Source of the DNA: Methanocella sp. | Lineage (GTDB): Archaea; Thermoproteota; Bathyarchaeia; Bathyarchaeales; Bathycorpusculaceae | Direction: 5' to 3' | DNA: 38,434 nucleotides | Assembly (NCBI GenBank): GCA_050261115.1 | Contig: JBLNCY010000022.1 | Coordinates: 1-38,434, forward strand | In this document: piece after piece, positions 8,812-17,609 of the stretch | Numbering within the stretch: the stretch's first letter is position 1 | Layout of the letters: every line of letters begins with the position of its first letter | Notes under the pieces: generated by a model | Told to the model about the DNA's origin: nothing | What the model saw: only the letters and a program-made list of their open reading frames with translations | Database searches by the model: none | Program-made: the position numbers and the translations under genes

Positions 8812-10128
8812 TTGTCGCCAGCTCTATTCCTTAAACCCATAGAGGTAGATACCTATGAGAAACGCGCCAAGTATAGCGTAGCTATAATTGGGTGTGGACG
8901 CAAAGGGATCTTTTTAGCGAACTCTTTTGCCAATGCAGGCTTTAACGTAATCTGCACCGATGCGGATATTGCCGTTGTGAAAAAAACGGCCAAAGGCAGG
9001 ACGGCTTTTGGCAGGCTGGAGACAGAGGAAAAACTCAAAGAGCATATCGCAGCAGAAAAAATCGATGTCACAAGCGACCTTAAGAAAGCAGTTGCCCAAA
9101 GCGATATTGTAGTCATTGCTTTTTCTGCAAAACTTGATGATCAGAAAAATGATTCCGCTAGGCTAGTAAATACCTGTAAACGGGTTGGAACTGCCCTTCG
9201 GCACGGGGCTTTGGTTATTTGCTGTGGCATCGTGGGCTTAGGCTTTATTGAGGACACAATAAAAAAGCAGTTAGAGAATTCATCAGGATTGGAAGTTGGC
9301 AAAGACTTCGGTTTAGCATACAACCCAATACTTGACACCACTTTATCCATCAGTGATTTGCAACTTCGGGTTGCAGCTACAGACCAAGCGAGCCTCAAAT
9401 CAGCCGCAACTATCCTAAAAACCTTAACTAGCAAAATACGTCAAATCAACGACCTAAGAACCGCAGAAGCAGCCACCCTGTTCGCCGTCGCAAAACGGAA
9501 CGTAACAACCGCATTAGCCAACGAGATAGCAGTGTTCTGCGAGAACGCTAACATCGATTACTATAAAGTACTTGATACCCTAAACCTCAACCACCCTGAG
9601 TTTCACCCAACCATTGAGTATGAGGATAACAAAAACGAAGCAACCCTACTTCTGGAGGACGCCGAAAACCTTAACGTAAAACTACGCCTAACCGCATTGG
9701 CTCACCAAGTCAATGAGGATATGGTTAGGTACGCTTTGAATTTGACGCAGGAGGGGCTGCGGAGTTGTGATAAGACACTTAGACGTGCGAAGGTGGCTGT
9801 TCTGGGGCAAGTGCTCCCGAAATCAGGTGCATTTTTGTATGTTCAAATGCTTGAACAGAAGGGCGCCAAGGTTACCTTGTATGGTTCTAAAGCGAGAAAG
9901 GATATGCAGACTTTTGAGGGCATAAAAACAAGCCTCAATAGTGCGGTGGAAGGCGCTGACTGTATAGTTGTAGTCGCAGGTAAGGAACAGATGGGCAATC
10001 TGAACTTTACAAAACTCAAGGCTCTAGTGAAGGCACCTGCTGTGTTGGTGGATTTGGCCGGTACGTTTGAGCGGGCACAGGTTGAAGAAGCAGGGTTTAA
10101 GTACTGTGGGTTAGGCAAAGGAAATTGA
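8812..10128 (+). CDS. UDP-glucose/GDP-mannose dehydrogenase family protein with degenerate active site
   Basis: Three-domain layout retained (IIGCGRKG Rossmann start, SGLEVGKDFGLAY, ALANEIA, KVAVLG, AVEGADCIVV). The catalytic Lys and the GGxC motif are not recognisable. Confidence 0.8.
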   Translation: MSPALFLKPIEVDTYEKRAKYSVAIIGCGRKGIFLANSFANAGFNVICTDADIAVVKKTAKGRTAFGRLETEEKLKEHIAAEKIDVTSDLKKAVAQSDIVVIAFSAKLDDQKNDSARLVNTCKRVGTALRHGALVICCGIVGLGFIEDTIKKQLENSSGLEVGKDFGLAYNPILDTTLSISDLQLRVAATDQASLKSAATILKTLTSKIRQINDLRTAEAATLFAVAKRNVTTALANEIAVFCENANIDYYKVLDTLNLNHPEFHPTIEYEDNKNEATLLLEDAENLNVKLRLTALAHQVNEDMVRYALNLTQEGLRSCDKTLRRAKVAVLGQVLPKSGAFLYVQMLEQKGAKVTLYGSKARKDMQTFEGIKTSLNSAVEGADCIVVVAGKEQMGNLNFTKLKALVKAPAVLVDLAGTFERAQVEEAGFKYCGLGKGN

Positions 10129-10161
10129 ATCTAAGCAATAAACTAACAAATTAAGAAGGGG

Positions 10162-10437
10162 TTATTCGGATTTTAGGTTGAAAGGTTTGCCTTCCAAAAC
10201 GGTTTTCTGGGGGGCTTTATCCTTCCATTTCTTGAGGAACGGCAGGTCCTCGGCTTCTTTTCTTAGTTCGTCCGGAAGCATCTCTGGGATTTCGTCCCGG
10301 ATAGGGTACCAGCGATTACATTGTGGACAAACGATTAAGCCTTCAACGATTTCATCTTTTTCTTCAAACACGTGAAGCTCAAGAGGGTGATGCTTGTCGA
10401 TTGGGCAAGCGAGGATTTCCATAAGTTTCAGTTTCAT
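10162..10437 (-). CDS. Trm112 family methyltransferase activator
   Basis: LMEILACPIDK...EGLIVCPQCNRWYPIRDEIPEMLP matches the Trm112 zinc-knuckle pattern. Confidence 0.9.
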   Translation of the reverse strand: MKLKLMEILACPIDKHHPLELHVFEEKDEIVEGLIVCPQCNRWYPIRDEIPEMLPDELRKEAEDLPFLKKWKDKAPQKTVLEGKPFNLKSE

Positions 10438-10474
10438 GTATATGCCACAGTTTAGATAGGTAGACTCTGGGTTA

Positions 10475-11338
10475 TTAAGACTTACTTGACAAAGCGCCTA
10501 CCTGAATATCCAACACAGTCTGATACCAATTTGGCCCTATACTACGAATAACACGAGAACAGGCAAACATGTAATTGACGCCTAACCGCCTAAGCTCAGC
10601 AGCTACTTTCTGCTCTGTCTGCTCCAATGGGTCCGCCTCGGCAGCTGCATGCTGGAAATCATAGTAATGTATCCAGCCGCCACTTGTCTTAAGCGCCGAA
10701 ACCGCCACGGGCAGATACTCAAGTGCTTTCTCTGGCAGCGGCATCAAGACACGATCGGCAACACCCTGCAGTTTGGCCTCTATGATCTCTTTGGAGTCAC
10801 CAAGCAAGGGGTGGACGCTACCAAAAAGTCGATTACGCCCAACATTCTCGATCATAAATTGGTAGGCGGTTGGGTTTATGTCAATAGAGTACACTTCTGT
10901 GCGGGGCGATGTTTTGGCTATTAATACGCTAAAGCAGCCTACCCCCGCAAACATGTTGATGACTTTTTCGCCTGGCACGACTTGGCTTGCTATACGTAGA
11001 CGTTCATGGTTTAGTCTGGGCGAAAAATAGCATCGCTTAACATCCACCGCAAAGGTGCAACCAGCTTCCCTGTGCTGAGTTACCGTTTTATCTTCGCCTG
11101 TTAGCAGTGTGAGCTCGCGTGTGCGGTGACTGCCTTTAACGGGGCTGGTTTGAGACAGCACGGTTTTTACGTTTTTGTGGGTTGCCATTATCTGTTCTGC
11201 TATGGCTTGCGCGTCTGAGGAGTTGCTGGGGGCTTTGATGATGGCTATGTCCCCTACTATGTCAAATGAACTGTAGACTTTACTTAAGGCGTCAGATGGT
11301 AACGTGTTTTTAAGTCTTTCTTTGAGGCGTTTTCTCAA
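10475..11338 (-). CDS. Trm5/Taw2-family tRNA methyltransferase (short, Trm5a-like)
   Basis: FDIVGDIAII, CYFSPRL..ER.RI, NMFAGVGCFS SAM motif, DINP, DRVLMPLP (Pro where Trm5b has NLP). Confidence 0.85.
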   Translation of the reverse strand: MRKRLKERLKNTLPSDALSKVYSSFDIVGDIAIIKAPSNSSDAQAIAEQIMATHKNVKTVLSQTSPVKGSHRTRELTLLTGEDKTVTQHREAGCTFAVDVKRCYFSPRLNHERLRIASQVVPGEKVINMFAGVGCFSVLIAKTSPRTEVYSIDINPTAYQFMIENVGRNRLFGSVHPLLGDSKEIIEAKLQGVADRVLMPLPEKALEYLPVAVSALKTSGGWIHYYDFQHAAAEADPLEQTEQKVAAELRRLGVNYMFACSRVIRSIGPNWYQTVLDIQVGALSSKS

Positions 11339-11417
11339 CCCTTACATCCCGTTTAGTTAACCTATTGGAAATGTTTAAAAGTAAAATGCTTTTCTTTGTA
11401 GGAACAGGCGTTTCCAC

Positions 11418-11579
11418 ATGGAAAAATCAGGAATTGTTTACGAATGCATGAGATGCGGCTCACGTGTGCCGTCTGAAGAGTTAGAACTGCGAGGCGGCGA
11501 AACCAAATGCATCATCTGCGGCTATAGGATTCTAAAGAAAGTTAAGCCACCGATAGTTAAACGGGTTCAAGCAAAATAG
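11418..11579 (+). CDS. rpoP: DNA-directed RNA polymerase subunit P (Rpo12)
   Basis: Manual translation, 53 aa: MEKSGIVYECMRCGSRVPSEELELRGGETKCIICGYRILKKVKPPIVKRVQAK. Zinc ribbon plus the GYRILKK..P..VK.V.A signature. Below the ORF-track size cutoff. Confidence 0.93.
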   Translation: MEKSGIVYECMRCGSRVPSEELELRGGETKCIICGYRILKKVKPPIVKRVQAK

Positions 11580-11587
11580 ACAGGTAA

Positions 11588-11605
11588 CTCGTGCGCCTGC
11601 ACGAG
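11588..11605. terminator. GC-rich hairpin between rpoP and the convergent gene
   Basis: CTCGTGC-gcct-GCACGAG perfect 7-bp stem followed by T-rich sequence. Confidence 0.4.
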
Positions 11606-11633
11606 CACTAATTTTGTTTTTATAAAATTATTT

Positions 11634-11951
11634 TTAGTAGTATTCTTGGTCTCCAAGTTTGCGAAGCGCTTTGCCCTTAAGTTTGATGTTTGCCGCGGCT
11701 TTTTTGTTGTCTTCGTAGAATGTGTCGTCTAGGTTTATTTCGGAGGTTTTTCGTTTGACGGTTTCGCCGCAGATTGCTCCGGGTAGCAGGCGTCGTTTAA
11801 AGCACATGGCGTATGTGCACTTGGCTACGGTGCATGGTTCGTCGCCGTCTCTGCACCAGACTGAGTCACGTCTGAAAATCGCAGCGTTCTTACCGCACTT
11901 AAAGGATTGGCATGATGGAGAACAAGCTTTTGATTGGGCCAACAGATACAC
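11634..11951 (-). CDS. Hypothetical Cys-rich protein
   Basis: Eight Cys in the N-terminal 60 aa (CSPSCQSFKC...VWC...PC....C....C...IC), charged C-terminus, and a GAGGTG Shine-Dalgarno-like sequence near the start. Start uncertain. Confidence 0.65.
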   Translation of the reverse strand: MYLLAQSKACSPSCQSFKCGKNAAIFRRDSVWCRDGDEPCTVAKCTYAMCFKRRLLPGAICGETVKRKTSEINLDDTFYEDNKKAAANIKLKGKALRKLGDQEYY

Positions 11952-12045
11952 CTCAAGTTGTGTTGGAACAGATCTTTGTGGTTTCCTTATTTTCCTTAAT
12001 GTTTCCTAGATACCATATAAACTTTGTTACATTCGGATTCTGAAT

Positions 12046-14121
12046 TTAAGCAGCATGTTTTGGTGCTGATTTTGCTTTTTTGTGCCTAATTACCTCTATT
12101 ATGATGAAAAGTACGGCGCTGATAAGTATCACAATCAAAGTCAGAGCTGTGCTTGCCAGCATCAAAGCGCCGCTCAAAAAGACATACTTCTCAAGCCGCA
12201 CCTCTATGTCGCCGGGTTCATTAACTGTAACTGTTACGGCTTGGAAGGCATCTAAGGTATCCTGCAATTCAGCCACGACCTGCAAGTCCCCGCCCACTAT
12301 GTTGCTAAAGGTTGCTTTGCCGTTGCTTGCTGTGAAAGCCGACGCCTTCTGCTGTCCGTTGATGGTTACGTAAGCGTTGGGGATGGGCGACCCAAAGAAG
12401 TCTACGACTGAGACGGTGAGTTGGATTCCATATAGGGTGCATTTGATTTGTCTGCGGGTGTCGTCGAAGACTTTGAGTTGGGTTTCTCGGATGAGTGCGT
12501 CGTCTTTGTAGACTCTTAAGCGGTAGGTGCCATAGGTGGCATGGACGGTCACTACGCCGCTGGCATCGGTGGTGGCGGAGTAGAATAACCCGTTGGATAA
12601 CTCGACTAGTTCGACGCGTGCTGATGCGATTGCTTGGTCATTGTAACCCGTTATGCCTATTGAGACGTTGGCGCTGGGGCAGATGATAGTGACCTCGGTG
12701 ATTGCTTTAGCGTTAGATATAGTAAGGGTGTCGTTTCCGCTATTGAAGACTTCGCCGTAGGATGAAGCTGCAATGTGGTATTCCGCGTTGGTTAGGGTTG
12801 AGGGTAAGATGTAGTATCCGTTGCCGCCTGTTTGACCCGAAACGGAAGCGACCTGAGAGGCGTCGCCGTTTTTGTACTGATAGGATATTGCTAACAAAAC
12901 AAAGGGCATGGTTGTGCCCTCTTCAGTTTTAACCGTGATTTTGAGGTCAGTTAACTGGCAGATCAACGTATAGTTACCGTCGCCAGTGACGGTTATGTCT
13001 GCTGCGCCGATGTTAACTTGATTCCAGTAGGCTGTTAACTTATTTAGTCCACTTCCGAGATTAAAGAACACCTGCCCCGAAGAATCAGACGTTTGATTAT
13101 AGACCAGATCAGTGGCAACGTCAATGCATTGCACCGTGATGCCGGGCACAGGTAAACCACCAAGATTAGTGACAGTGACGTTAACGTTGTATCCTATTAT
13201 GGTGAAGGTTTGGATTTCCGCCATACCTTTGGGATTGCCAGCTACAGATATGCGCACAGTACCTTCCCCCATAGGCGCAGTAGCTGGGACCACCCAGCTT
13301 GTTTTTATGGCGCCATGGGAGTCAGCGTTGACTGAGAGGGTGTCGAGGGTTCCCTGTTTGCTTAGTATGGTTATGGTGGCAGCTTGATTGGGCTCGTATC
13401 CTATTGCGTTTATCTCCATCTTGTCGCCCCGGTGATATGTGATGGAGTCTAGCATGTTGACGTTGAAACTGCTTTTTCCCATGGTTGAGTTAATTTTGAT
13501 GGTGTATGATCCGGCAAGTTGGGTGTCGCCGGCTGGTGTGAATGCGCTGCTTGGGAAATCTATGGAGTTGTGGGCGGTTCCTTTGGTGTTGGGAGTTCCG
13601 AGGTTGATTTTTGCGTTGTAAGCAGCGCCAGCGGGGGTTACTACTGATATGTCTGCGCCGTAGATGGTGCCTAGTACTCCACCGGTGAGGTTGACGGTTA
13701 TTGTGAGGCTTTCGCCTTCTTGTATGGCTGAGGGCGATGCAGAGGCTGTGTAGCCTGTTATTACGTTAAAGGGACCAGTGCAGTTTTTGTTGATTCTGAC
13801 GTCGCGTAGCGTTAACTCGTAGAGTGCGGCGGGCAATTCTGGGATGGTAAAGTTTGTGTAGATGTTGTGGCCGTCGGCTTTTCCGGAAGCAACCAGAACG
13901 CCGCCTAGGAACAGTTGGTAGGTGCCGTCTGAGGTGGCGAGGGTTCCTTTGAGGGTTATTGTGTCGTCTTTTGCGCCGTTTGCACTGGTTAATTCGAGGA
14001 TGTCAACGTCAGGAGTTTCTTGTGCTGCGGCTAACAGGGGTGTTGTTAATGCAGCAGATGCCATGAGTGATAATAGGATAGCTGTGACAAATTTTGAGTT
14101 CAAAGGTTGGTGTGTTTTCAA
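12046..14121 (-). CDS. Secreted, C-terminally anchored cell-surface protein with repeated Ig/prealbumin-like (carboxypeptidase-regulatory-like) domains
   Basis: Signal peptide ending LAAA-Q. Thr/Ser/Gly-rich beta repeats (V.V....G.P...V......TD..G...F..L..G.Y). Many N-x-S/T sequons. C-terminal TM helix plus basic tail RHKKAK. Confidence 0.8.
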   Translation of the reverse strand: MKTHQPLNSKFVTAILLSLMASAALTTPLLAAAQETPDVDILELTSANGAKDDTITLKGTLATSDGTYQLFLGGVLVASGKADGHNIYTNFTIPELPAALYELTLRDVRINKNCTGPFNVITGYTASASPSAIQEGESLTITVNLTGGVLGTIYGADISVVTPAGAAYNAKINLGTPNTKGTAHNSIDFPSSAFTPAGDTQLAGSYTIKINSTMGKSSFNVNMLDSITYHRGDKMEINAIGYEPNQAATITILSKQGTLDTLSVNADSHGAIKTSWVVPATAPMGEGTVRISVAGNPKGMAEIQTFTIIGYNVNVTVTNLGGLPVPGITVQCIDVATDLVYNQTSDSSGQVFFNLGSGLNKLTAYWNQVNIGAADITVTGDGNYTLICQLTDLKITVKTEEGTTMPFVLLAISYQYKNGDASQVASVSGQTGGNGYYILPSTLTNAEYHIAASSYGEVFNSGNDTLTISNAKAITEVTIICPSANVSIGITGYNDQAIASARVELVELSNGLFYSATTDASGVVTVHATYGTYRLRVYKDDALIRETQLKVFDDTRRQIKCTLYGIQLTVSVVDFFGSPIPNAYVTINGQQKASAFTASNGKATFSNIVGGDLQVVAELQDTLDAFQAVTVTVNEPGDIEVRLEKYVFLSGALMLASTALTLIVILISAVLFIIIEVIRHKKAKSAPKHAA

Positions 14122-14251
14122 TCAATAGCCTCCATGGCTTTAACTCATCTAGAATGTGGATTGGTTTTAAACTTTCGCTTGAACCGGCTTTTTGTATAGC
14201 GATTTTTAAAAGGCAGTGTTTTGTTATCTTAGCAGAAATTCGGTGTAGATC

Positions 14252-15217
14252 TTGGAAGAGCCTGTTGCATCTCCGCTTTTAGCGTCGCTAAAGAAGCAGA
14301 AGTACCATTTAATCGGTACCCACTCAGCGGTCAAGAGATGCAAATGGCTCTACGAATCCCTAGTTAACAACCGACCCTGCTACAAACAGAAATTCTATGG
14401 CATACAATCACACAGATGCATACAGATGACGCCATCACTTTACTATTGCACACATCAGTGCCTTTTCTGCTGGCGTGCCCAAAGCGGCGACCTAAAAGAC
14501 GTTACCTGGGATGAAATGCGTAACCCCAACAAGGATACCCCTGAGCAGATAGTGGAAGGCTGCTTTAGGGCGCAGGAAAGAATAATCTCAGGTTATAAAG
14601 GGAACGAGAAAACTGATTGGCGCAAATTCCAAGAAGCCCATCAACCCAAGCAGGTTGCCATAAGCTTAACCGGTGAACCCACACTCTACACGCCGCTTGG
14701 GGATCTGATTGCGCTTTTTCACAAGAGGGGCCTAACCACGTTTCTGGTAACCAACGGGACCCTACCAGCTAGGCTCTCTTCGCTGTCTAGCGAGCCCAGT
14801 CAACTCTACGTTTCGCTCTGTGCACCTAACCAAGAAATCTACAAGAGGGTTTGTCGGCCGCAGTTTCCAAGTGCCTGGGAGAAGCTCAACGAGACACTTG
14901 GTTTGTTGCCGAGTTTTCGCTGTCCAACGGCTTTGCGTATGACTATGGTAAAAGACCATAATATGAGTTTGATTGAGCAGTACGCTAAGTTGGTGGAGAA
15001 GGCGCAGCCGACCTATATTGAGGCGAAGGCGTATATGCATATTGGGTTTTCGAATTTGCGGCTTGGGTTTGACCGTATGCCCATGCATGATGAGGTTAGG
15101 GTTTTTGCCGATAGGTTGGCTGAGGCGACTGGTTATAGGGTTATTGATGAGGCGCCTGAAAGCAGAGTTATACTGCTAAGTAAACTGGAGCAACCTATAA
15201 AGCTTAATAACCAATAA
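14252..15217 (+). CDS. taw1: 4-demethylwyosine synthase (radical SAM, TYW1)
   Basis: HSAVKRCKW, CYKQKFYGIQSHRCIQMTP, CTHQCLFCWR, ISLTGEPTLY, FLVTNGT, IEAKAYMHIG. Confidence 0.95.
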   Translation: MEEPVASPLLASLKKQKYHLIGTHSAVKRCKWLYESLVNNRPCYKQKFYGIQSHRCIQMTPSLYYCTHQCLFCWRAQSGDLKDVTWDEMRNPNKDTPEQIVEGCFRAQERIISGYKGNEKTDWRKFQEAHQPKQVAISLTGEPTLYTPLGDLIALFHKRGLTTFLVTNGTLPARLSSLSSEPSQLYVSLCAPNQEIYKRVCRPQFPSAWEKLNETLGLLPSFRCPTALRMTMVKDHNMSLIEQYAKLVEKAQPTYIEAKAYMHIGFSNLRLGFDRMPMHDEVRVFADRLAEATGYRVIDEAPESRVILLSKLEQPIKLNNQ

Positions 15218-15399
15218 AAGCCAGCATTAGCACTCTTTCATCAGATAAACTCATTTTTTAGCTTATTTTTTGTTCGGTTTTGTCAGTGGATGTCCTACAA
15301 CACATCATTTATAGGGTATGACCGAAAAAATCGGGTGAAAATTTAAATAGCTTACTTCCGCCGTTAATCAATTTAACACCAATTCAAGCGGTAAACACC

Positions 15400-15588
15400 A
15401 TGGTAAGCGAAGGTAAAGGCAGGCTATTCCGAAGAAAAGACGGCAAATACTTAGTCTATCTGCCAAAAGACTTAGCAGAAGACAGCATGTTTCCATTCAA
15501 AGGCGCGGATACAATATTTGTGAAAGTCAAATTCGCATTAGGCGACAACAAACTGATGGTTGAAAAGTGGGCTGAAACAGTCGAGTAA
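15400..15588 (+). CDS. Small hypothetical protein, possibly AbrB/swapped-hairpin fold
   Basis: GRLFRRKDGKYLVYLPKDLAED...VKVKF....LMVEK resembles an AbrB-like beta-hairpin/helix pattern. TTTAAATA TATA box ~55 nt upstream. Confidence 0.65.
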   Translation: MVSEGKGRLFRRKDGKYLVYLPKDLAEDSMFPFKGADTIFVKVKFALGDNKLMVEKWAETVE

Positions 15589-15650
15589 CACCACCCCACT
15601 AGAGAACAAAAATAAGCCACCAAAAGTATCGTTTATACTGGTGCTAGTAG

Positions 15651-16319
15651 TTGTCGTCGTTAGAGAACTTTATTGGCGAAATAAAAACGGAGCTTATGGC
15701 CAAAAACAAGATCCGCGAAGAAACCCATGAGGCAATGCGTAAAGCCACAAGCCTCTCCAAGCAGGCTATTCTTCGTATCCACCAAAAGAGACTCGACGAA
15801 GCCGAAAAACTGGTAGCAAATGCTAAAGACCTAATCTCTAACTTACAAAAACACACCGACACATACCCCGACATTATTTATGGAGGCATGATGAGCGCGG
15901 CACAACAAGAGTACGCAGAAGCCAACATACTCCTCACACTGGTAAAGGAAGATCGATTTATCGCCCCAGCAGACGCCAAAGTGCCCTCCATCGATTACGT
16001 TTTGGGTTTGGCGGATGTGATTGGCGAATACAGGCGGATTGCACTTGATGCACTCCGATATGGCGAGGTGGAAAAGGGCGTGCAGTGTCTAGAGATAATG
16101 GATGAAATCTTTATCCAGCTCCAAGCACTCGACGAAGCCTACATGCTAGTACCAGGTTTACGGCACAAATCAGACACGGCACGGCGCATCATCGAAGCTA
16201 CCCGCGGCGACATAACCTTAGAGGTTCGCCGTAAATCACTTGAGGATTACCTCAAAAAATTCATCCCCCCAGAAGCCAAAACCAAGCCCGAATCAAAACG
16301 GGCCAAGGCAAAACAGTAA
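15651..16319 (+). CDS. Translin/Trax (C3PO-like) family protein
   Basis: QQEYAEA and YVLGLADVIGEYRR motifs with the acidic residues of catalytically active Trax-like subunits, and LRHKSD. Confidence 0.88.
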   Translation: MSSLENFIGEIKTELMAKNKIREETHEAMRKATSLSKQAILRIHQKRLDEAEKLVANAKDLISNLQKHTDTYPDIIYGGMMSAAQQEYAEANILLTLVKEDRFIAPADAKVPSIDYVLGLADVIGEYRRIALDALRYGEVEKGVQCLEIMDEIFIQLQALDEAYMLVPGLRHKSDTARRIIEATRGDITLEVRRKSLEDYLKKFIPPEAKTKPESKRAKAKQ

Positions 16320-17005
16320 TGCCCAAGCTGCCCCCAAATTTTTCGATACAAAAAGCCCACCAAACCCAACTATGCTTATCCAAATCCGTTATCCGTGAAG
16401 ATAGGCTACCCAAGCCGATTTGTACGGTTGGTGGTGTGGACGTAGCCTACATTGGCGAGATGGGAATTGGAGCAACAGTCGTTTTAGATTATAACAGCCT
16501 AAAAGTTATAGAGACGTCGATTGCTATATGCCCCGTTAAGATGCCTTATGTGCCGTCTTTGTTGTCTTTTCGGGAGCTTCCATTTGCAATGGCAGCGATT
16601 AAGAAGTTAAAGTGTCAGCCGGATGTGTTTTTGGTGGATTCACAGGGTTACGCTCATCCGTTTAGGTGTGGGTTTGCAAGCCATTTGGGGCTGGTACTAG
16701 GTAAACCTACTATCGGAGCGGCTAAGAGCCGACTAAAAGGCGAACCCCAACAGCAGAATGGGAGAGTCCTACTAATCGATAAGAATGAAGTAATAGGCGA
16801 GATAGTGGAAACTCAACCGAACCGTAAACCTATCTACGTCAGCATCGGTAACATGGTAACATTGGAAACCGCTGTAGAAATCGTGCGCCACTGCAGCATT
16901 AACAGAATTCCTGAACCTACCTTGCAGGCCCATAATTTAGCAACGGAAACAAAAAGAAAATCACATCCCTCAATAGCCAGCCTGCCCAAACCTAAAGAAA
17001 GTTAA
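16319..17005 (+). CDS. nfi: Endonuclease V
   Basis: GGVDVAY, PYVPSLLSFRE wedge, VDSQGYAHP, IGAAKS, PIYVSIG, RIPEPT..AH. Start overlaps the translin stop (TAATG). Confidence 0.93.
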   Translation: MPKLPPNFSIQKAHQTQLCLSKSVIREDRLPKPICTVGGVDVAYIGEMGIGATVVLDYNSLKVIETSIAICPVKMPYVPSLLSFRELPFAMAAIKKLKCQPDVFLVDSQGYAHPFRCGFASHLGLVLGKPTIGAAKSRLKGEPQQQNGRVLLIDKNEVIGEIVETQPNRKPIYVSIGNMVTLETAVEIVRHCSINRIPEPTLQAHNLATETKRKSHPSIASLPKPKES

Positions 17006-17049
17006 AGTTAATATCGCCAAAGCAAACTACCTACCATAAGTGAATTAAC

Positions 17050-17400
17050 ATGGCAGAAGAAAACCAGCCGACAGAAGAAATTACCTTTGATTACTTCCAA
17101 AAAATCGATTTAAGAATCGGAAAAATCATCGAGGCCGAAGCAGTCCCCCAATCCAAGAAACTCATAAAAATGCAGATTGACTTCGGAAATGAAAAACGAC
17201 AATGCATTGCCGGATTACAAAAACACTACAAGCCAGAAGAGCTAATCGGCAAAAAATGCGTATTTCTACTTAATCTGCAGCGCCGCCTGATTGCGGGGTT
17301 GGAGTCTCAAGCAATGATTCTCGCAGCAGAAGACGCCGAGGGCGCTGTGTCGGTTTTACAGCCTGAAAAGGATATAGCGGAAGGAAGCAGAATCGGTTAA
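17050..17400 (+). CDS. Stand-alone tRNA-binding OB domain (MetRS C-terminal/Trbp111/CsaA-like)
   Basis: ITFDYFQKIDLRIGKI, KKLIKMQIDFG, LIGKK.VFLLNL, GLESQAMILAA, GSRIG. Confidence 0.9.
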   Translation: MAEENQPTEEITFDYFQKIDLRIGKIIEAEAVPQSKKLIKMQIDFGNEKRQCIAGLQKHYKPEELIGKKCVFLLNLQRRLIAGLESQAMILAAEDAEGAVSVLQPEKDIAEGSRIG

Positions 17401-17453
17401 ACGCAACCTCTACACCCCAACGTTTGATTAAATCCTTACAGGCCACCCACGCC

Positions 17454-17507
17454 TAAGTTGAACCCAAGGTTGACGCTATATATAGAGTCAACCACGGGTT
17501 CAACCTA
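17454..17507. repeat. Dispersed repeat site 1: B|B palindrome with TATATATA core (17477-17484)
   Basis: GTTGAACCC-aa-GGTTGAC-gc-TATATATA-ga-GTCAACC-ac-GGGTTCAAC, a near-perfect 48-bp inverted repeat. Confidence 0.9.
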
Positions 17508-17609
17508 CAAATGATTGGAATGCTCAGTTTTTCACTGGATAAGGTGCTAAGCAGTGTTGGGTAAAATTAAAAGGGGGCTTTAACCCATTAGGAGGTAACT
17601 GGAAGGAGA

